Assembly: GCA_902469185.1 (NCBI GenBank)
Contig: CABRBD010000028.1
Coordinates: forward strand, 27,644-91,643
Direction: 5' to 3'
Source of the DNA: an uncultured Collinsella sp.
GTDB taxonomy: Bacteria; Actinomycetota; Coriobacteriia; Coriobacteriales; Coriobacteriaceae
DNA length: 64,000 nucleotides
This document shows, piece after piece, positions 58,748 to 64,000 of this stretch (position 1 is the stretch's first letter; each line of letters opens with the position of its first letter). The notes beneath the pieces were generated by a model. The model did not search any database, was not told where the DNA came from, and saw nothing but the letters and a program-made list of their open reading frames with translations. Made by a program: the position numbers and the translations under genes.

Positions 58748-59845
58748 ATGTCCTCGACCTTTGGCAACGTTTTACATCTGAGCATCTTTGGTCAGTCGCA
58801 CTCCCCTGCTATCGGTTGCTCGCTCGACGGCATTCCCGCTGGTATTGCCGTTGACCAGGAAGCGCTGCAGGCCTTCCTCGATCGCCGCGCCCCCGGTCGC
58901 GACGAGACCGCGACCAAGCGCCGCGAGGCCGACATCGCGCATATCATTGCCGGTGTGGTCGATGGACACACCACCGGCGCACCCATCGCGGCGATTATCG
59001 AAAACACCAACACGCGCTCCAAGGACTATTCCGAGCTGCGCCGCAAACCCCGTCCAGGACATGCCGATTATCCGGCGCGCGTAAAGTATCACAACATGCA
59101 CGACGTCGCCGGCGGCGGGCATTTCTCCGGCCGCCTGACGGCCCCCTTGTGCATCGCCGGCGGCATCGCGCTGCAGGCGCTCGAGGCCCACGGCATTCGG
59201 GTGATGGCGCACGTGGCGCAGATCGGCGGCATCTCCGACTTGCCGATGGACGATATGGTCTATCGCGAGGCCGACCGCAAGGCAATCCTTACGAACGATC
59301 TGCCGTGCATTGACGCCGCCGCAGCCGGCCGCATGCGCGAGGAGATCCTAGCCGCGCGCGACGAGCTTGACAGCATCGGCGGCATCGTGGAATGCGGCAT
59401 CTATGGGCTTCCCGCCGGCATCGGCGACCCCATGTTCGACGGCATCGAGAACCGTATCGCGAACATCGCCTTTGGCATTCCCGCCGTAAAGGGCGTTGAG
59501 TTTGGCATGGGCTTTGCCGTGGCCGCCATGCGCGGCAGCGAGAACAACGACCCGTATCGTATCGATGTCGAAAGCGGCGAGATTGCGGTCGAGTCCAACA
59601 ACGCCGGCGGCATCCTGGGCGGCATTTCGACCGGCGCGCCCGTCATGTGGCGCATGGCCGTAAAGCCAACGCCCTCCATTGGCCGCGAGCAGCAGACGGT
59701 GGATATGGACGCCATGGAAAATGCCGAGCTTTCGGTCCACGGCCGCCACGACCCCTGCATCGTCCCCCGAGCCGTCCCCGTAGCCGAAGCAGCCGCCGCC
59801 CTCGCCATCTGGGACGCTCTCCTCGAGGACGCAGGCCAGCTCTAA
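58748..59845 (+). CDS. aroC: Chorismate synthase
   Basis: FGQSH, RPGHAD, GGGHFSGR, NNAGGILGGIS, KPTPSI, GRHDPC. Confidence 0.97.
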   Translation: MSSTFGNVLHLSIFGQSHSPAIGCSLDGIPAGIAVDQEALQAFLDRRAPGRDETATKRREADIAHIIAGVVDGHTTGAPIAAIIENTNTRSKDYSELRRKPRPGHADYPARVKYHNMHDVAGGGHFSGRLTAPLCIAGGIALQALEAHGIRVMAHVAQIGGISDLPMDDMVYREADRKAILTNDLPCIDAAAAGRMREEILAARDELDSIGGIVECGIYGLPAGIGDPMFDGIENRIANIAFGIPAVKGVEFGMGFAVAAMRGSENNDPYRIDVESGEIAVESNNAGGILGGISTGAPVMWRMAVKPTPSIGREQQTVDMDAMENAELSVHGRHDPCIVPRAVPVAEAAAALAIWDALLEDAGQL

Positions 59846-59898
59846 CCCGACTCACCTGAGTTGCCCGTCAACTCTGCCATTACGTGAAAGGGGCCTCC

Positions 59899-61044
59899 AT
59901 GGACCTTGCCGATATTCGCCAGGCCATCGATGGCATCGACACCACGCTCCTCAACAGCTTTGTCGAGCGCATGGACATTGCCACCGAGGTCGCCAAGTCA
60001 AAAATCGAGATGGGCAAGGCCGTCTTCGACCCCGCCCGCGAGCGCTCCAAGCTCAACAACCTCGCCAGCCGCGCGCCCGAGCGCTACGAGGCGCAGACCA
60101 TCACTCTGTTCCGCCTCCTCATGAGCATGAGCAAGGCCGAGCAGCAGCGCTACATCAACGAACTCAAGGGCATCACCGTCTCGCAAAAGGCCCACGCCAC
60201 GGCTGTGGCCTTTGACACGCCCTTCCCCCAGACGGCCACCGTTGCCTGCCAGGGCGTCGAAGGCGCCTACAGCCAGATCGCCGCGTGCAAGCTCTTCGAC
60301 GTACCCGACATCGCGTTTTTCGAGACCTTCGAAGGCGTTATGCGCGCCGTGCGCGACGGCTTCTGCGAGTTTGGCGTACTGCCCATCGAGAACTCCACCG
60401 CCGGCTCGGTCAACGCCGTCTACGACCTGCTCGCCCAGTTCGACTTCCATATCGTGCGCTCGCTACGTCTTAAGATCGACCACAACCTGCTCGTCAAACC
60501 CGGCACCAAGCTCGCCGACTTGCGCGAGGTCTACAGCCACGGTCAGGCCATCGCGCAGTGCGCCGGCTTTATCGAGGCTCACGGCTTGCACGCCATCAAG
60601 TACCCCAACACGGCCATGTCGGCCGAGATGGTCGCCAGCTCCGAGCGCACCGATGTTGCTGCCATCGCATCGCGCAGCTGCGCGGCACTCTATGGCCTGG
60701 AGGTGCTGGAGCCCAACATCCAGGACTCGGACAACAACTACACGCGCTTTGTCGTCATCAGCCGCGAGCCGCGCGTCTACCCCGGCGCCAACCGCACCTC
60801 GCTCATGATCACCACGGCCAACGAGCCGGGCGCGCTCTATCGCGTACTCGAGCGCTTCTACGCGCTCAACATCAACCTCATCAAGCTCGAAAGCCGTCCC
60901 ATCCCCGGTCGCGACTTTGAGTTTATGTTCTACTTTGACCTGGACTGCCCCTTTGGCAGCAAGGCTCTCGACGACCTGCTCGATTCCATCGACGACGTGT
61001 GCGAGAGCTTTACCTACTTTGGCAGCTACACGGAGGTGCTCTAG
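59899..61044 (+). CDS. pheA: Chorismate mutase/prephenate dehydratase (P-protein) with ACT domain
   Basis: AroQ-type CM N-terminus (DIRQAIDGID), PIENST, NYTRF, ESRP. Confidence 0.94.
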   Translation: MDLADIRQAIDGIDTTLLNSFVERMDIATEVAKSKIEMGKAVFDPARERSKLNNLASRAPERYEAQTITLFRLLMSMSKAEQQRYINELKGITVSQKAHATAVAFDTPFPQTATVACQGVEGAYSQIAACKLFDVPDIAFFETFEGVMRAVRDGFCEFGVLPIENSTAGSVNAVYDLLAQFDFHIVRSLRLKIDHNLLVKPGTKLADLREVYSHGQAIAQCAGFIEAHGLHAIKYPNTAMSAEMVASSERTDVAAIASRSCAALYGLEVLEPNIQDSDNNYTRFVVISREPRVYPGANRTSLMITTANEPGALYRVLERFYALNINLIKLESRPIPGRDFEFMFYFDLDCPFGSKALDDLLDSIDDVCESFTYFGSYTEVL

Positions 61045-62295
61045 ATGACCGATACCGCCGCAACCCGCCCCTACGGCGTGCTGGGCCGCGTGCTGGGCCA
61101 CAGCTACACCCCGACCATCTACAAAGAACTCGCTGGGCTCGAGTACGTGCGATTTGAGCGCGAACCCGAGGACCTCGCGGCCTTTATGACGGGCGACGAG
61201 TGGGAGGGCGCCAACGTGACTATCCCCTACAAGCGCGCCGTCATGGAATATCTGGACGAGCTGAGCCCGCTGGCCGAGCGTATGGGCAACGTCAACACCA
61301 TCACACGCCTGTCTGACGGCCGCTTGCGCGGCGACAACACCGACTACTTCGGCTTTCAGTGCCTGGTCGAGGAGCTGGGCGTAGAGGTCGCCGGCAAGAA
61401 GGTCCTCGTGCTCGGAGCCACCGGCGGTGCCGGCACCACGGCAAGTATGGTGCTCGGCGATCTGGGCGCCACCGTCGTGCCGGTGGGCCGCACGAGCGAG
61501 GTCAACTACGGCAACATCGCGCAGCAGTCCGAAGCCGCGCTGCTCGTCAACTGCACGCCTGCCGGAATGTACCCCCACTGCCCCGACGCCCCCTGCACGC
61601 TCGAAGGACTCGATGCACTCGAAGGCGTTATCGACATTGTCTACAACCCCGCTCGCACGGGACTCATGCTCGAGGCCGAGCGCCGCGGCATCCCCTGCAT
61701 CGGCGGCCTGCTGATGCTCGTGGCCCAAGCGGCACAGGCCGTCGAGCGCTATACCGGCAAGGTCACCCCGCGCGAGCGCATCCTGGACGTGACGGAACGC
61801 TTGTCACGCCGCGAGCAGAACATCGCCCTGATTGGCATGCCGGGCTCGGGCAAGACCCGCGTGGGTGAGCAGATTGCCCTACTCACGGGGCGAGAGCACA
61901 TAGACCTGGACCGCGCCATCGAGGAACGCCTTGGCATGCCCTGTGCCGACTTTATCGTCGATCACGGTGAGCCCGCCTTCCGCGAGCAAGAGACATCTGC
62001 GCTGGCCGATATCTCCAAGCGCAGCGGCCTGGTGCTCTCCACCGGAGGCGGCGTGGTCACGCGCGACGAGAACTATCCGCTGCTCCACCAGAACAGCCAG
62101 ATTGTGATGCTCAACCGCAAGCTCGACGAACTCGCCCACAAGGGCCGCCCCATCACCGCCCGCGACGGTATCGACAAGCTCGCCGAGCAGCGCATGCCGC
62201 GCTACTGCGCTTGGGCCGACTACATCATCGACTCGCGCGATTGCGCCGTCAACACCGCCCAAGCCCTCCTCGACACCCTCCCACCCGCTCTCTAA
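61045..62295 (+). CDS. aroE: Shikimate dehydrogenase-shikimate kinase fusion (AroE-AroK)
   Basis: N-terminal NVTIPYK, NTD, DIVYNP; C-terminal IGMPGSGKT, GEPAFR, STGGG. Confidence 0.92.
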   Translation: MTDTAATRPYGVLGRVLGHSYTPTIYKELAGLEYVRFEREPEDLAAFMTGDEWEGANVTIPYKRAVMEYLDELSPLAERMGNVNTITRLSDGRLRGDNTDYFGFQCLVEELGVEVAGKKVLVLGATGGAGTTASMVLGDLGATVVPVGRTSEVNYGNIAQQSEAALLVNCTPAGMYPHCPDAPCTLEGLDALEGVIDIVYNPARTGLMLEAERRGIPCIGGLLMLVAQAAQAVERYTGKVTPRERILDVTERLSRREQNIALIGMPGSGKTRVGEQIALLTGREHIDLDRAIEERLGMPCADFIVDHGEPAFREQETSALADISKRSGLVLSTGGGVVTRDENYPLLHQNSQIVMLNRKLDELAHKGRPITARDGIDKLAEQRMPRYCAWADYIIDSRDCAVNTAQALLDTLPPAL

Positions 62296-62297
62296 CC

Positions 62298-62338
62298 AAA
62301 ACCACCACAAAGGGGACAGGCGCCTTTGTGGTGGTTTT
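62298..62338 (+). repeat. Orphan REP-like hairpin (RAYT-1 type core)
   Basis: Perfect 16-bp arms aaaaccaccacaaagg/cctttgtggtggtttt; GGGGACAGGC runs from the end of the left arm across the loop. Confidence 0.75.
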
Positions 62339-62359
62339 CCAATCGCAAAGGAAGCAACC

Positions 62360-62797
62360 ATGAAAGCACTCGTCATCAACGGCCCCAACCTCAACATGCT
62401 CGGCATTCGCGAGCCGGGTATCTACGGCAGCGACAACTACGACCGCCTGGTCCAGATCTGCCAGGAGGCGGGGGCCGCGCAGGGCTTTGACGAGGTCGAG
62501 GTCTTCCAGTCCAACCACGAGGGCAGCATCGTCGACAAGATCCAGGAGGCCTACGGCAAGGTCGACGGCATCGTCATCAACCCGGCGGCATACACGCATA
62601 CGAGCGTGGCGATCCTCGACGCCCTCAAGGCCGTCGCCATCCCTGCCGTCGAGGTGCACATCAGCGCCGTAGAGACCCGCGAGGACTTCCGCCAGGTGAG
62701 CTATGCACGCCTTGCCTGCTTCGCCACCATCACCGGCGAGGGCTTGCAGGGCTACGCCCACGCGCTGGAGCTGCTGAAAGAGCATCTGGAAAAGTAA
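62360..62797 (+). CDS. aroQ: Type II 3-dehydroquinate dehydratase
   Basis: NGPNLNMLGIREP..YG, QSNHEG, NPAAYTHTS, EVHIS. Confidence 0.97.
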   Translation: MKALVINGPNLNMLGIREPGIYGSDNYDRLVQICQEAGAAQGFDEVEVFQSNHEGSIVDKIQEAYGKVDGIVINPAAYTHTSVAILDALKAVAIPAVEVHISAVETREDFRQVSYARLACFATITGEGLQGYAHALELLKEHLEK

Positions 62798-62859
62798 AAT
62801 GCCAACCCCAACAAACAGCAGCGGCTTGCTCGCGCTCGGCTTCAGCAGCATACAAGATG

Positions 62860-62892
62860 AAAAAAGCCCAGACCACCAAGCGGTCCGGGCTT
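62860..62892. terminator. Terminator between aroQ and tRNA-Arg
   Basis: aaaaaagcccagacc-accaagc-ggtccgggctt. Confidence 0.7.
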
Positions 62893-62901
62893 AATAAACG
62901 A

Positions 62902-62978
62902 TGGTGCTCCATGGCGGATTCGAACCGTCGACCTTGGGATTAGAAGTCCCCTGCTCTATCCAACTGAGCTAATGGAGC
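62902..62978 (-). tRNA. tRNA-Arg (anticodon UCU)
   Basis: Reverse complement GCTCCATTAGCTCAGTTGGATAGAGCA-GGGGA-CTTCTAA-TCCCA...GGTTCGAATCC...ATGGAGCACCA. Confidence 0.95.
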
Positions 62979-63032
62979 AAATAGCCGCACGCCCAAGCAA
63001 GCGCAAGCCTGTCAGGCGCAAGTAATTATAAC

Positions 63033-63800
63033 CTAGTTGAACTGCTCGCGATACGCCTTGCAGACCTCATCAACCGGGCCGTCCATGCGAAGGTCACCCT
63101 TCTCAATCCAAACGGCACGCTGGCAGATGCGCTCAACCTGCTCCATAGAGTGCGAAACGAACAGAACCGTCACGTCGCCGCTCTGGATAAAGTGCTGGAT
63201 ACGGTCCTCGCACTTCTGCTGGAAGAACACATCACCGACGGACAACGTCTCGTCAACGATCAGAATATCGGGCTCGGTAATCGTCGCGATTGCAAAGGCG
63301 ATACGCGCCACCATGCCCGAGGAGAAGTTCTTAAGCGGCATATCGACAAAGTTCTGCAGCTCAGCGAATTCGATAATGCCGTCAAAGTTGGCATCGATGA
63401 ACTCCTTGGTATAGCCAAGCAGGGCGCCGTTCAGATAGATGTTCTCGCGGGCGGTCAGCTCGGGGTCAAAACCAGCACCAAGCTCAATCAGCGGCGCGAT
63501 GTTACCGTGCACCTTAACGCTGCCCTCGCTTGGCTCAAGCACGCCAGCGATAATCTTGAGCATCGTAGACTTGCCGGAGCCATTGGTGCCGACCAGACCC
63601 ACGACCTCGCCACGATGAATATCAAACGAGATATGCTTAAGCGCCCTAAACTCCTCAAAGAACAACTCATGCTTGGCAAGCTTAATGAAGTACTCCTTGA
63701 GGTTGGTCAGCGACTCGGACGCCATGTTAAAGATCATGGTGACGTCGTCGACCTCGACAGCCAGAGGCTGCTCGCTGTAATCAACAACAGATTCAGTCAT
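63033..63800 (-). CDS. Polysaccharide/teichoic acid ABC exporter ATP-binding subunit (Wzt/TagH-like)
   Basis: GTNGSGKST, LGAGFDPELTAREN, FSSGM, DETLSVGD, VSH. Confidence 0.93.
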   Translation of the reverse strand: MTESVVDYSEQPLAVEVDDVTMIFNMASESLTNLKEYFIKLAKHELFFEEFRALKHISFDIHRGEVVGLVGTNGSGKSTMLKIIAGVLEPSEGSVKVHGNIAPLIELGAGFDPELTARENIYLNGALLGYTKEFIDANFDGIIEFAELQNFVDMPLKNFSSGMVARIAFAIATITEPDILIVDETLSVGDVFFQQKCEDRIQHFIQSGDVTVLFVSHSMEQVERICQRAVWIEKGDLRMDGPVDEVCKAYREQFN

Positions 63801-63811
63801 CACAGCACTCC

Positions 63812-64000
63812 TTAGATGTAGAGGATGAACTTGCGCTCGGACTTATGGAACACGGTATAGCCAATAATAAGCGCAAGAACCGCCCAGGCAACGCACATAC
63901 CAAACGTCATAAGCGAGGGCGTAGTCTGGAACAGGAAGATATCGCGCATAAACTGCAGGTAGTTGAACATGGGGTTCGCATACATCAAGATACGTACGAG
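63812..64000 (-). CDS. ABC-2 polysaccharide exporter permease (Wzm-like), 3' end only
   Basis: Translates LVRILMYANPMFNYLQFMRDIFL...GYTVFHKSERKFILYI*, a typical Wzm C-terminus; lies upstream of the ATPase. Confidence 0.85.
   Translation of the reverse strand, partial: LVRILMYANPMFNYLQFMRDIFLFQTTPSLMTFGMCVAWAVLALIIGYTVFHKSERKFILYI

Noticed and set aside
54069..62978. The two tRNA-Arg 3' ends as attL/attR direct repeats
   Set aside because: Both are complete, different isoacceptor tRNAs; their similarity is normal tRNA conservation.

Overview
High-GC bacterial chromosomal window, most consistent with a Coriobacteriia (Collinsella-like) anaerobic actinobacterium; this taxonomy is inferred from gene content and synteny, not from a search. 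It is mostly housekeeping DNA: the rpmB 3' end, adhE plus an APH-fold kinase, proS-ispG-rseP-dxr-cdsA-uppS-frr-pyrH-tsf-rpsB, xerC-trmFO-dprA-comM-yraN-rnhB-rplS, ppdK/PPDK regulator/glyQS, lepB-trmD-rimM-khpA-rpsP, dinB, rsfS-yqeK-nadD-obg-rpmA-rplU, a radical SAM pair, rodA-pbp2-mreDCB, a P-type ATPase, a complete aro/phe/tyr operon between two tRNA-Arg genes, and part of a wzm/wzt ABC exporter. The most interesting non-housekeeping signal is two divergent REP-associated-type HUH/Y1 tyrosine transposases (RAYT-like, each with a C-terminal HTH). Each is flanked by inverted copies of its own hairpin repeat, and two orphan hairpins lie elsewhere. These hairpins have unrelated stems but share a loop core GGGAC (AGGAC in one copy), with the symmetry axis on the base right after it in every complete hairpin. 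Both transposase genes also have Shine-Dalgarno-sequestering leaders. Other points of interest are an xerC that appears to need a non-canonical ATA start and an RseP carrying a winged-HTH-like insertion.
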